A DNA stretch of 17,536 bases from a virus: UHGV virus genome UHGV-1676750; one strand, written 5' to 3'. The position numbers and the translations under genes are program-made. Under the pieces are notes generated by a model. The model did no database searches, was not told where the DNA came from, and worked only from the letters and a program-made list of their open reading frames with translations. This document shows positions 1-7,263 of the stretch, piece after piece (the stretch's first letter is position 1; each line of letters opens with the position of its first letter).

Positions 1-17
1 CGACGCTCTTCCGATCT
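1..17. other. Illumina TruSeq adapter remnant (CGACGCTCTTCCGATCT), a library artefact at the contig edge
   Basis: The 17 nt are identical to the 3' end of the TruSeq universal adapter (…ACACGACGCTCTTCCGATCT). They sit at the extreme 5' end, directly before the first ATG. Confidence 0.85.
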
Positions 18-20
18 ATT

Positions 21-845
21 ATGGCACAACATAATTTAAACAACATTATTGTCGATAGAGTACTACGTGGTGTATTCTCTGACAAAAATGATAGTATTAT
101 TTTTGCTCTAAATCAGGTTCAGAATCTGTCTATGAATAGCTCTTCTGAGTCTCAGGATATTGTTGACGCTCTAGGTGTATCTATTATGGAGCTGATGCGT
201 TCCAAGGCAATTGAAGTTTCTGCTGAAAATGCCATTCCCGATCTAGGATTACTAGCAGCCCAGTATGGCACTGAAAAGGTGGCTGCTACTAGCACTGATA
301 AGCTAACTGTTCCCACTATGGAATCTTTTGAAGTTCCTGCTGCCGGGGAAGATGGTAAAGTAAAATACGCTCTAAAACACACTCCTGTTACTGCTCCCAA
401 GGCTATTTATGAGCTAAATGGTGATAGCACCCTTGGTGCCCCGTATGATCCTGCTACTGATCCCGCTCCCGCTACCGAGACCGAGAGAGCAAAGTTTGCT
501 TATGCAGATGGCGTAATTACTCTACCTGATGGCACTGCTGCTGGAACTGACATGTTTGTTATGTACGAGTATGAATCTGAAAATGCTGTTGAGGTCATCA
601 ACTCTGCTAACCAGTTTGCTAAGATGGGCAAGCTCACTCTAGAGTGCTTAGTTTATGACGTGTGTGATCCTGAAACTAAGATTTTTGCTTATATCATTCT
701 ACCTCGTTTCCAGCTCAGCAATGACTTCGACTGGAGCATTGGTGGCGATAATCAGGTGCATGGTTTCTCTGGTAAGGCTCACGTTGACTATTGCCAGAAG
801 GACAAAAAGATGTGTCGTGTGGTCATTGTAGATGATGAAGAGTAA
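21..845 (+). CDS. Hypothetical phage protein, possibly a virion structural protein; N-terminus uncertain because the adapter lies directly upstream
   Basis: 825-nt ORF ending in TAA at 843-845. No RBS can be assessed because upstream sequence is adapter. Codon style and G+C resemble the downstream fibre genes. No motif I can name with confidence. Confidence 0.6.
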   Translation: MAQHNLNNIIVDRVLRGVFSDKNDSIIFALNQVQNLSMNSSSESQDIVDALGVSIMELMRSKAIEVSAENAIPDLGLLAAQYGTEKVAATSTDKLTVPTMESFEVPAAGEDGKVKYALKHTPVTAPKAIYELNGDSTLGAPYDPATDPAPATETERAKFAYADGVITLPDGTAAGTDMFVMYEYESENAVEVINSANQFAKMGKLTLECLVYDVCDPETKIFAYIILPRFQLSNDFDWSIGGDNQVHGFSGKAHVDYCQKDKKMCRVVIVDDEE

Positions 846-856
846 TTGTCGTCCCC

Positions 857-885
857 TTGACAATACAAAATTAATGTGATATACT
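857..885 (+). promoter_or_regulatory. Sigma-A/sigma-70-like promoter: TTGACA (857-862), 17-nt spacer, TATACT (880-885)
   Basis: Exact -35 consensus, 17-nt spacer and a 5/6 match to the -10 consensus, read directly. Lies in the intergenic region between ORF1 and the GIY-YIG gene. Confidence 0.5.
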
Positions 886-925
886 ATAGACGCAAGATAG
901 ATGAGGAGTAATTAACCTCATTAAT

Positions 926-969
926 AAGGCTAGGGGCCTCCACCCCTGGCCTTCTTGTAGTTATTTTTT
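926..969 (+). terminator. GC-rich hairpin followed by a U-rich tract; candidate intrinsic terminator or attenuator between the promoter and the GIY-YIG gene
   Basis: AAGGCTAGGGG (926-936) pairs with CCCCTGGCCTT (943-953): 11-bp stem with one G-U wobble, 6-nt loop. A T-rich run follows (TTATTTTTT, 961-969) but is displaced about 8 nt from the stem. Confidence 0.4.
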
Positions 970-1005
970 AATGTGGAGGAAATGGTGTTATGGAGGTAAC
1001 GAAAA

Positions 1006-1833
1006 ATGGAATATAGAACTGCGGACGCTCTTTGTGGTGTTTACAAAATTACTAACATTATTAATTGGAAAGTTTATATTGGACAGAGTATTAACATAAT
1101 GGTTAGATGGAAAGAACATGTTAATGCTTTAAATAGAAATGGTAGTAGTTGTACACTTTTACAACGGGCATGGAATAAATATGGGCAAGAGAATTTTTCT
1201 TTTGAGATTTTAGAGTTATGTTCTGAAGATATGTTGGACGAGATTGAAGTAAAATATATAGAAATATATGGTGCGTGCAACCCGAAGAAGGGTTATAATA
1301 TCGAATCTGGTGGTAATAAAAATAAGCATTTGTCAGAGGAGACAAAACAAAAACTTAGAGAAGCACATCTTGGGAAAACTATGTCTCCAGAAACCTCACA
1401 GAAAATGTCTAAATCTAGAACTGGAGAGGGCAATGGTATGTATGGTCGGCACCACACCGAAGAGGCAAAAAAGAAAATGAGTGAAGCGAAGAAAGGCAGA
1501 CCTGGACATCCGTGTAGCGATTATGCGAGGGAACGTGCCAGACAAGCTAATTTGGGCAAGATAGTATCCGAAAGAACTTGTCAAAAGCTTAGTGAATCTC
1601 ATAAGGGGAAACCTGCACATAATAAAATTATAATACCGGTATATTGTGTTGAGTTAGATAAAGTTTTTGAATGCCCATCTGATGCAGCGAAAGATCTTAA
1701 CATTAAGAACGCAACTAACATAATGGATTGTTGTAAACACATTCGCAAGACTTGTGGTGGCTATCATTGGGAGTTTGCGTATGTAATTTACCCAGATCTA
1801 TATCCCGCAATACCTTTGACAACACAAAATTAA
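1006..1833 (+). CDS. GIY-YIG family homing endonuclease with NUMOD3-type repeats and a C-terminal NUMOD1-like DNA-binding domain (I-TevI-like, free-standing)
   Basis: N-terminal GVYKITN…KVYIGQS…RWKEH matches the GIY-YIG motif, followed by YNIESGG. Four tandem [ST]-x-E-[TA]-x-x-K-[MIL]-S-x-[AS] repeats (HLSEETKQKLREAHLGK, SPETSQKMSKSRTG, HTEEAKKKMSEAKKGR, SERTCQKLSESHKGK) fit NUMOD3. The C-terminus IPVYCVELDKVFECPSDAAKDL…GGYHWEF fits the DNA-binding tail of phage homing endonucleases. RBS GGAGGT at 991-996. Confidence 0.85.
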   Translation: MEYRTADALCGVYKITNIINWKVYIGQSINIMVRWKEHVNALNRNGSSCTLLQRAWNKYGQENFSFEILELCSEDMLDEIEVKYIEIYGACNPKKGYNIESGGNKNKHLSEETKQKLREAHLGKTMSPETSQKMSKSRTGEGNGMYGRHHTEEAKKKMSEAKKGRPGHPCSDYARERARQANLGKIVSERTCQKLSESHKGKPAHNKIIIPVYCVELDKVFECPSDAAKDLNIKNATNIMDCCKHIRKTCGGYHWEFAYVIYPDLYPAIPLTTQN

Positions 1834-1862
1834 TGAACTACTGCCATGTAGTTCATTTTTTA
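1833..1862 (+). terminator. Rho-independent terminator downstream of the GIY-YIG gene
   Basis: Perfect 10-bp inverted repeat AATGAACTAC (1833-1842) / GTAGTTCATT (1849-1858) with a 6-nt loop, running straight into T6 (1857-1862). Confidence 0.7.
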
Positions 1863-1893
1863 TACCCAAAATTAACTAAAGGAGGTGCTTCCG

Positions 1894-2271
1894 ATGGCGA
1901 CAAATAACAAAACTTGTCTTTGCTGTAGTACACGTTATAGTTATTGCCCCTCATGTTCGAACGCAGATCGTCTTGCTCCTTCATGGAAGGCTGAATTTTG
2001 TTCCGAAACCTGCAAAGACCTATGGCTCACATGTACTCGCTATAATATGGGCAGACACACCAAGCAAGAAGCACAAGATATTATTAAATCTCTCCCACTC
2101 AAACCTGCTGTCGAATACGTAGCATGCGTACAAAGGGACCTGGGGGTTATCCTAAAAGAAGATCCCAAACCAAAGCGCAATAAGCGCAAACCCATCGACG
2201 ATTTTGCGGACATTACCCCCGCTCTCGTCAATGAGCCAACGAGTGAAGTAGTTTTACAAGAAAATGAGTAA
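1894..2271 (+). CDS. Hypothetical Cys-rich (putative zinc-binding) small protein with a basic KPKRNKRKP patch
   Basis: ATG at 1894 preceded by AAGGAGG (1879-1885); the ORF-track start at 1885 is a GTG inside the RBS. Eight Cys in the first 47 residues (CLCC…CPSC…C…C…C). Confidence 0.7.
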   Translation: MATNNKTCLCCSTRYSYCPSCSNADRLAPSWKAEFCSETCKDLWLTCTRYNMGRHTKQEAQDIIKSLPLKPAVEYVACVQRDLGVILKEDPKPKRNKRKPIDDFADITPALVNEPTSEVVLQENE

Positions 2272-2320
2272 ATAGGGAACTGAACTTCACACGAAACGAA
2301 GATTGGTTCCCTATTTTTTT
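2271..2320 (+). terminator. Candidate intrinsic terminator
   Basis: AATAGGGAAC (2271-2280) pairs with GTTCCCTATT (2306-2315) and is followed by T7 (2314-2320). The loop is long (25 nt) with partial internal pairing. Confidence 0.5.
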
Positions 2321-2343
2321 ACGGACAAAAAGGAGAAAATAAT

Positions 2344-2568
2344 ATGATTAAATCACTGATCACGGGCCGAGAATACGAAGAAAATAACTGCATTTATATC
2401 ACAAACATGTTGCAAGCGCAGCGCTATCTCTCCTATCTCGGCCCCGAGTACCTTTTAGATATTCTCTACACAGGTACATACAGAAAGGATTCCTTAGTTT
2501 TTGTTTTTCAGCGTTGCCCAGAGACACGCAAAGCAAAGGAACTATGGGATAAGCACGAACTAAACTAA
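2344..2568 (+). CDS. Hypothetical small protein (74 aa)
   Basis: ATG at 2344 with AGGAG at 2331-2335. No recognisable motif. Confidence 0.6.
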   Translation: MIKSLITGREYEENNCIYITNMLQAQRYLSYLGPEYLLDILYTGTYRKDSLVFVFQRCPETRKAKELWDKHELN

Positions 2569-2586
2569 AAAAGCGAGGTGTACTAC

Positions 2587-2808
2587 ATGGACGCATCCAT
2601 ACTAGAAACACTTGCTCCAATCATCGGTGATACGCCCGTATCTGTGCAAATTAGCGCAGCACTTGAGCCAATGGCCTCAAAAAACTACGTGCACGATAAC
2701 TACGTCACACTCGATGATTTTGAAGAATTAAAAAGACAATTTGAAGCGCTAGTCGGAGATACGTCTGTTTCTGAACAAATTTCTACGGCGCTTAAAAATA
2801 ATAAATAA
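2587..2808 (+). CDS. Small fibre-motif protein (73 aa) carrying two copies of the VGDT-x-V-x-x-QI module
   Basis: ATG at 2587 with GAGGTG at 2575-2580; the track start at 2578 is a GTG inside the RBS. Contains IGDTPVSVQISAAL and VGDTSVSEQISTAL. Confidence 0.65.
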   Translation: MDASILETLAPIIGDTPVSVQISAALEPMASKNYVHDNYVTLDDFEELKRQFEALVGDTSVSEQISTALKNNK

Positions 2809-2835
2809 AACAATTCGTAAAAGGATGTGATAAAA

Positions 2836-3201
2836 TTGAGCACAAAAAAACTGCAAGTTTTAGATTATAAAATTAAGCAGGCTGAAAACGCTGATACTGT
2901 AGATAATAAGCACGCTTCTGACTTCGCATCCGCTACTGATATGAGCACGGCGCAAAATAATATTAGCGACCTTCAGGCAAAAGTCGGAGATACGCCTGTA
3001 TCTACGCAAATTACAAATGCTATCTCTTCAAACCGTATAGTTTACGTTCAAAACGAAGAGCCAGTTGATGCACCACCTGGATCGCTATGGGTGAATTTAG
3101 AATTGCAAAATACGGATGACTTTGTATCTGTTTATAAAGAAATTTTAATATTTGGAATACAATACGTTGCGCTTGTTGATAGTGATACTTTGATAATATG
3201 A
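2836..3201 (+). CDS. Short tail-fibre-like protein with one VGDT module and an EP…PPGSLW motif
   Basis: Probable TTG start at 2836, 10 nt after AAGGA (2821-2825); the GTG at 2827 is too close to the RBS. Contains KVGDTPVSTQITNAI and EEPVDAPPGSLWVNLE. Confidence 0.6.
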   Translation: MSTKKLQVLDYKIKQAENADTVDNKHASDFASATDMSTAQNNISDLQAKVGDTPVSTQITNAISSNRIVYVQNEEPVDAPPGSLWVNLELQNTDDFVSVYKEILIFGIQYVALVDSDTLII

Positions 3202-3211
3202 GGTGATGATA

Positions 3212-4171
3212 ATGGCAGATATAAGTAAAATTAATATTAAGAATGAACAATATGATATTAAAGATAATATCGCACGAACACATATAGCGAGCACAAGTAA
3301 TCCTCATGGCGTTACAGCTGAACAGGTCGGTGCAAGACCTGATACATGGATGCCTACAGCTGAACAGGTCGGTGCCGTAACGCCTGCGGAACTCAACGCC
3401 GCCATCCGCAAAGCCGCCCCGAGGAATCTGCTGGACAATTCCGATTTCAGGAATCCGGTGAATCAGAGGGGGCAGACGACATACACAAATAACGGTTACA
3501 CGATTGATCGATGGGAGCTATACAGTGGATTGATTGGCGTTTCTTCGGATGGTTATGTATCCACTAATGGACAAATGTATCAGAAAATCGAAATCGCCAC
3601 GGATAAAGTATATACATTTGCGGTCAAAACTGCCGCTGGAATAGCGGCTGTTACGGGAATCCCGGCAAACGGCGCAATCAATCCAGCAACGATTGGCAAC
3701 GCCTTGATTAAACTTGCTACGATTGGAGAGTATGTGGAAGTGGTCATCGAACCGGCTGAAGGATTCGATTTTGCTGGAGCATACTGGGCAGCCCTGTACG
3801 AAGGCTCTTACACTGCGGATACCCTTCCGGAGTACAAGCCGAAGGGGTACGGCGCGGAGCTGGCGGAATGTCAGAGGTATTACCAGCAGTTTTTAAACAA
3901 TGCGTTTTTAGGTTGGGCGACTGTTGATGCAGATGGCATTAACTTTCAGGGAATGATTCCCTGCGGCAGTATGCGGATTAATTCCCCCACGATTCTTGGC
4001 GGAATCTCCGCATGGACAGGCTTGGTTTCAATTGGCGTTTCTTCAGTTACAGTCTTTAATTATCAGGGCAATGGGATGCGGATTAACGGGTGTTTGGCGA
4101 GCAGCACAACGGCTGGCAGTGTCATTGCGATTTATGCTGCGGAAACGGTTGCATTTTCCGCTGACCTGTAA
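3212..4171 (+). CDS. Tail-fibre protein with a GC-rich, probably horizontally exchanged, C-terminal domain
   Basis: ATG at 3212 after GAGGTG. N-terminal SNPHGVTAEQVGA…PTAEQVGA is a duplicated fibre-type motif. G+C rises sharply from about 3340 onward (67% counted for 3361-3420). Confidence 0.7.
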   Translation: MADISKINIKNEQYDIKDNIARTHIASTSNPHGVTAEQVGARPDTWMPTAEQVGAVTPAELNAAIRKAAPRNLLDNSDFRNPVNQRGQTTYTNNGYTIDRWELYSGLIGVSSDGYVSTNGQMYQKIEIATDKVYTFAVKTAAGIAAVTGIPANGAINPATIGNALIKLATIGEYVEVVIEPAEGFDFAGAYWAALYEGSYTADTLPEYKPKGYGAELAECQRYYQQFLNNAFLGWATVDADGINFQGMIPCGSMRINSPTILGGISAWTGLVSIGVSSVTVFNYQGNGMRINGCLASSTTAGSVIAIYAAETVAFSADL

Positions 4172-4185
4172 AGGAGGAATGACAA

Positions 4186-4563
4186 ATGGAATATGAAAAT
4201 CCCTATATCGTGTATGTGAAAACCAATTCCAGCGGCTACATCACCGCCGTCAATTCCTCCGCTTTCCTGACGGACACTACGGACTGGACAGAAATCGACA
4301 GCGGCTATGGCGACAAATACCACCACGCGCAGGGAAACTACTTCCCCCAGCCAATCATCACCGACGGTGGTGCATACCGATATCGTCTGGTGGATGGAAA
4401 GCCTGTGGAATGTACCGCAGAGGAGATTGCGGAGCAGGAGGAGGCAATCAAATCTTCTATTATTACTGTACCAACTGCCGAGGAGCGCATTGCAGAGCTT
4501 GAAGCGCAGAATGAAATGTTACTTCAATGCGTACTCGAAATGAGTGAGACAGTTTATGCGTAA
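4186..4563 (+). CDS. Hypothetical protein directly downstream of the fibre gene; possible fibre-associated or chaperone-like protein (assigned by position only)
   Basis: ATG at 4186 with AGGAGG at 4174-4179. Shares the elevated G+C of the preceding fibre C-terminus. Acidic, helical-looking C-terminus. Confidence 0.55.
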   Translation: MEYENPYIVYVKTNSSGYITAVNSSAFLTDTTDWTEIDSGYGDKYHHAQGNYFPQPIITDGGAYRYRLVDGKPVECTAEEIAEQEEAIKSSIITVPTAEERIAELEAQNEMLLQCVLEMSETVYA

Positions 4564-4603
4564 AATATTATTTAACATACTTTTTGGAAAAGGAGGAGAA
4601 GAC

Positions 4604-4735
4604 ATGATGGCTATGTTATGGGCACAGCAAATTATGCTTGGCAAGAAGACCTTTGCGCAGGTTCCTCGTCTACTAAAAGACAAGGTTCGTGAGATTCTAG
4701 TAGATTCTGGCTGCGAAGATCTAATTGCAGAGTAA
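4604..4735 (+). CDS. Small protein (43 aa), possibly XkdX-like (low confidence)
   Basis: ATG at 4604 with AGGAGG at 4591-4596; the longer track ORF from 4544 lacks an RBS. The size and position after the fibre and fibre-associated genes resemble the PBSX xkdV-xkdW-xkdX order. Confidence 0.45.
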   Translation: MMAMLWAQQIMLGKKTFAQVPRLLKDKVREILVDSGCEDLIAE

Positions 4736-4772
4736 TCTGAACGAATATTACGCTAGGAGGTGCAAATAAAAA

Positions 4773-5195
4773 ATGGCAGAGTATATAACAAAAATTAGAA
4801 CTATGAATGGCGACTTGCAATATGACTATAATTCACTGTATGACAAACCAGAATCTGATACTCAATTAGAAAAATCAGGGGCGTTTGCCGATGCTCAGGT
4901 GGTTGGAAATAAAATTAAGAGCATAAATACACAACTGAATACCATTAATAGTCAGATTACAGAGATCAAGAATAGCACTCACGTTCATTCTGCAAATGAT
5001 ATTACTAGTGGTACACTAAGTGTTGACAGGCTGCCAACAATTCCGATTATAAAAGGCGGAACTGGAGCTGAAAATGGGCAAGATGGATTAAAGAATTTAT
5101 TAGCATCTGGGGCAATGATTTTGTCTGCTAATCAGTATGGGACTGACTTTCCAAGCAATCCAATTGTAGGTCAAGTCTTCTTTTTAAAGGTATAA
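4773..5195 (+). CDS. Short tail-fibre-like protein with a GGTGA motif and a P…P…GQVFF motif
   Basis: ATG at 4773 with AGGAGG at 4755-4760. Contains DRLPTIPIIKGGTGAENGQDGLKNLLA, as in fibre N-terminal regions, and ends …PSNPIVGQVFFLKV. Confidence 0.65.
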   Translation: MAEYITKIRTMNGDLQYDYNSLYDKPESDTQLEKSGAFADAQVVGNKIKSINTQLNTINSQITEIKNSTHVHSANDITSGTLSVDRLPTIPIIKGGTGAENGQDGLKNLLASGAMILSANQYGTDFPSNPIVGQVFFLKV

Positions 5196-5261
5196 ATTGG
5201 TGAGCTTTATGGAAGATATTTTACAAACTAATAAGTTAGTTAGATTGGCGGTGATTGCATA

Positions 5262-6152
5262 ATGGGAAGTGCTAGTGTATCCGCACCCACAACAGAGGGG
5301 ACTGTATTTGCATCAATAAGCTGGGATACTACTCCAACAGTATCTATAAGTATAACAGGCGGATATGGAATATCATGGAGAATTAGAGGTCGCGGAACAG
5401 ATACATATGTATATTATGGTCCAACAACTTCTTCGTCTGGTACGTTTACGGCAAGTTATGGAACAAGTTATGTACTTCAAGCAGTTAGCGACGGAGGATG
5501 GAATAATACTGGTGATAGTGTATTTACCGTCACGCAAGATGTTCACACTCACTCTTATTCTTTTTATACCACTGTTGACCCAACTTGTACTGAACAAGGT
5601 TATGAGATTTGGCGTTGTAGTGGTTGTGGTGATTTAGATTATAGAAATTATACTAACGCCCTTGGACATAACACTGTCAATACTGTTGTTACCCCGACCT
5701 GTACCGAACAAGGCTATACAACTCACATTTGCTCTCGTTGCGGAGCCACCACAAGCGCTAATGATAATTATACAAGTGCATTGGGCCACAATGATGCTAA
5801 TACTGTTGTTGCTCCAACTTGCACGGAACAAGGCTACACTAAGCATATTTGTTCCCGTTGTGGAATCACTATAAGTGCTAATGATAATTACATAAATGCT
5901 CTTGGACATGCGTGGGACGATGGTGAAATTATACTAGAACCAACTTATACCGAAGATGGAATTATAAAATATTTGTGTACAAGGTGCGGCGAAACTCGTA
6001 CAGAAGCTATAGCTAAAAAAGTTGGTTCGGTGCGTATTTATAACGGTTCAACTTTTGATATTTATAGTATCTATGTACGTGGAAAAGCGCAATCATGGGA
6101 TTTATATGTGCCGTACATATATAATGGATCAAGTTGGGATTTATATAGTTAG
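5262..6152 (+). CDS. Protein with four tandem ~40-aa Cys-rich (zinc-ribbon-like) repeats; putative binding or adhesin-type structural protein
   Basis: Repeats of H-x(9-11)-PTCTEQGY-x(4)-C-[ST]-x-CG-x(10-12)-ALG; the last copy is GHAWDDGEIILEPTYTEDGIIKYLCTRCGETRTEAI. Weak RBS; a 17-codon uORF (5209-5262) overlaps the start. Confidence 0.65.
   Translation: MGSASVSAPTTEGTVFASISWDTTPTVSISITGGYGISWRIRGRGTDTYVYYGPTTSSSGTFTASYGTSYVLQAVSDGGWNNTGDSVFTVTQDVHTHSYSFYTTVDPTCTEQGYEIWRCSGCGDLDYRNYTNALGHNTVNTVVTPTCTEQGYTTHICSRCGATTSANDNYTSALGHNDANTVVAPTCTEQGYTKHICSRCGITISANDNYINALGHAWDDGEIILEPTYTEDGIIKYLCTRCGETRTEAIAKKVGSVRIYNGSTFDIYSIYVRGKAQSWDLYVPYIYNGSSWDLYS
5544..6011 (+). repeat. Four tandem ~120-bp coding repeats (Cys-rich module) inside the 5262-6152 CDS
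   Basis: Units at roughly 5544-5666, 5667-5786, 5787-5906 and 5907-6011. Units 2 and 3 are clearly similar at nucleotide level (shared …CAAGGCTA… and …GCTAATGATAATTA… stretches). Confidence 0.7.
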
Positions 6153-6163
6153 GAGGTGAATAG

Positions 6164-6880
6164 ATGCCTCAGAACATCTTTAAAATCTATGATGGTAGAA
6201 CGAACTTTTGGCAATGGGACACTAAGCAGAAATTGATTGTTTTAGATGATCGTATTACAGAAGTTCGTTTTTCTAATAGAAATATGGAACACTCAAAACG
6301 TAGACCTGTCTACACGGACAATAATGGAGTTAGAATTTGTAATGTGCCTGATGTGCTCTTGCAACTTCCTAAGAATCTTATAGCGTATGCGTGTATTAAG
6401 CAAGACGATGGGACTTGTAGCACAGTAAAAGCGGTCAAGTTTGCAGTTGCTAGACAGCCAATTCCTGCGGATTATGTGTGTGAGCAAGATGCAGTTATTG
6501 AAAACATTCTCGCAAAGATCGAGATGCTTGAGAATTTACTCAAAGAAGTTGAGTCTGGATCAAAAGAAATGAAGAAGTTCACTAGCATGGTGGAAGCTGC
6601 ACAATGGGCCAAAGAAAATGGCAACGCTGGTGACATTGTTGTCATCAAACTTGATGTAGGTTGGGTGCCTCATGTTATTGAAGACGGCAAGAGTCTAAGC
6701 GCTATTTGCAACTGTGATGGCGATGAGATTGTTCTTCAGCTCGACGGAGATGACCCCGACGGCATTAATGAAGACGAAGAAGATATGGTTCTGTATTATG
6801 ACGGTAATTATATTGACGAAAGTAACGATGTAATTCAGTATTTTGATGGCGGTTCCGCATCTGGTTTACAAACGGGGTGA
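6164..6880 (+). CDS. Hypothetical phage protein (238 aa) with an acidic C-terminus
   Basis: ATG at 6164 with AGGAGGTGA at 6151-6159. No named motif. Confidence 0.7.
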   Translation: MPQNIFKIYDGRTNFWQWDTKQKLIVLDDRITEVRFSNRNMEHSKRRPVYTDNNGVRICNVPDVLLQLPKNLIAYACIKQDDGTCSTVKAVKFAVARQPIPADYVCEQDAVIENILAKIEMLENLLKEVESGSKEMKKFTSMVEAAQWAKENGNAGDIVVIKLDVGWVPHVIEDGKSLSAICNCDGDEIVLQLDGDDPDGINEDEEDMVLYYDGNYIDESNDVIQYFDGGSASGLQTG

Positions 6881-6884
6881 GAGA

Positions 6885-7244
6885 ATGGCCGATATAAGAA
6901 AAGTAAAAACTGTATTTCAAATCAGGCGCTCGACGACTGCGGAATGGGAAGCGAATAAAGATGCAATTCCTGATGCCGGAGAGCCCTGTTTTGATTTAGA
7001 CTTTGGTATATTAAAAATTGGTGATGGAAAGACCGCTTATAAAGACCTCAAGATTATTGGTGCTGGCGCTTCAATATCTGACGATGGTCTTTATTTAATT
7101 GTTGATAATTTGCAGAAAGATATCGATGAATTAAAGATCCGCATTGAAAATATTTCTGTTGAAGATCAAATTAATGATGCTATGAGCGATATTGTGGATG
7201 ACTCAGAATTACAGCAAACTCTGGATTCTGTGTTAAATAATTAA
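6885..7244 (+). CDS. Short fibre paralogue: HylP-like N-terminal attachment domain plus a short helical tail (possibly a truncated or minimal fibre)
   Basis: MADIRKVKTVFQIRRSTTAEWEANKDAIPDAGEPCFDLDFGILKIGDGKTAYKDLKIIG matches the conserved N-terminus of Gram-positive phage fibre/hyaluronidase (HylP) proteins: FQ/K-R-R…AEW…GE…D…KIGDG…Y…L. Confidence 0.7.
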   Translation: MADIRKVKTVFQIRRSTTAEWEANKDAIPDAGEPCFDLDFGILKIGDGKTAYKDLKIIGAGASISDDGLYLIVDNLQKDIDELKIRIENISVEDQINDAMSDIVDDSELQQTLDSVLNN

Positions 7245-7263
7245 GTTAAAGGAAGTGATGAAA

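Noticed and set aside
846-1893. GIY-YIG gene as part of a group I intron splitting a host gene
   Set aside because: The flanking ORFs (21-845 and 1894-2271) show no sign of being two halves of one protein. The cassette has its own promoter-like element, RBS and terminator. It looks free-standing, although without RNA structure analysis I cannot fully exclude an intron.
5544-6011. CRISPR array suggested by regularly spaced repeats
   Set aside because: The repeats are in-frame coding repeats of about 120 bp with no unique spacers, inside a single ORF, and there are no cas genes.
4773-6152. 4773-5195 and 5262-6152 as a single gene split by a nonsense mutation (pseudogene)
   Set aside because: They are in the same frame, but three stop codons (5193, 5229/5232, 5241) separate them, and the first product ends with a complete fibre-type motif. 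They are more likely independent genes.
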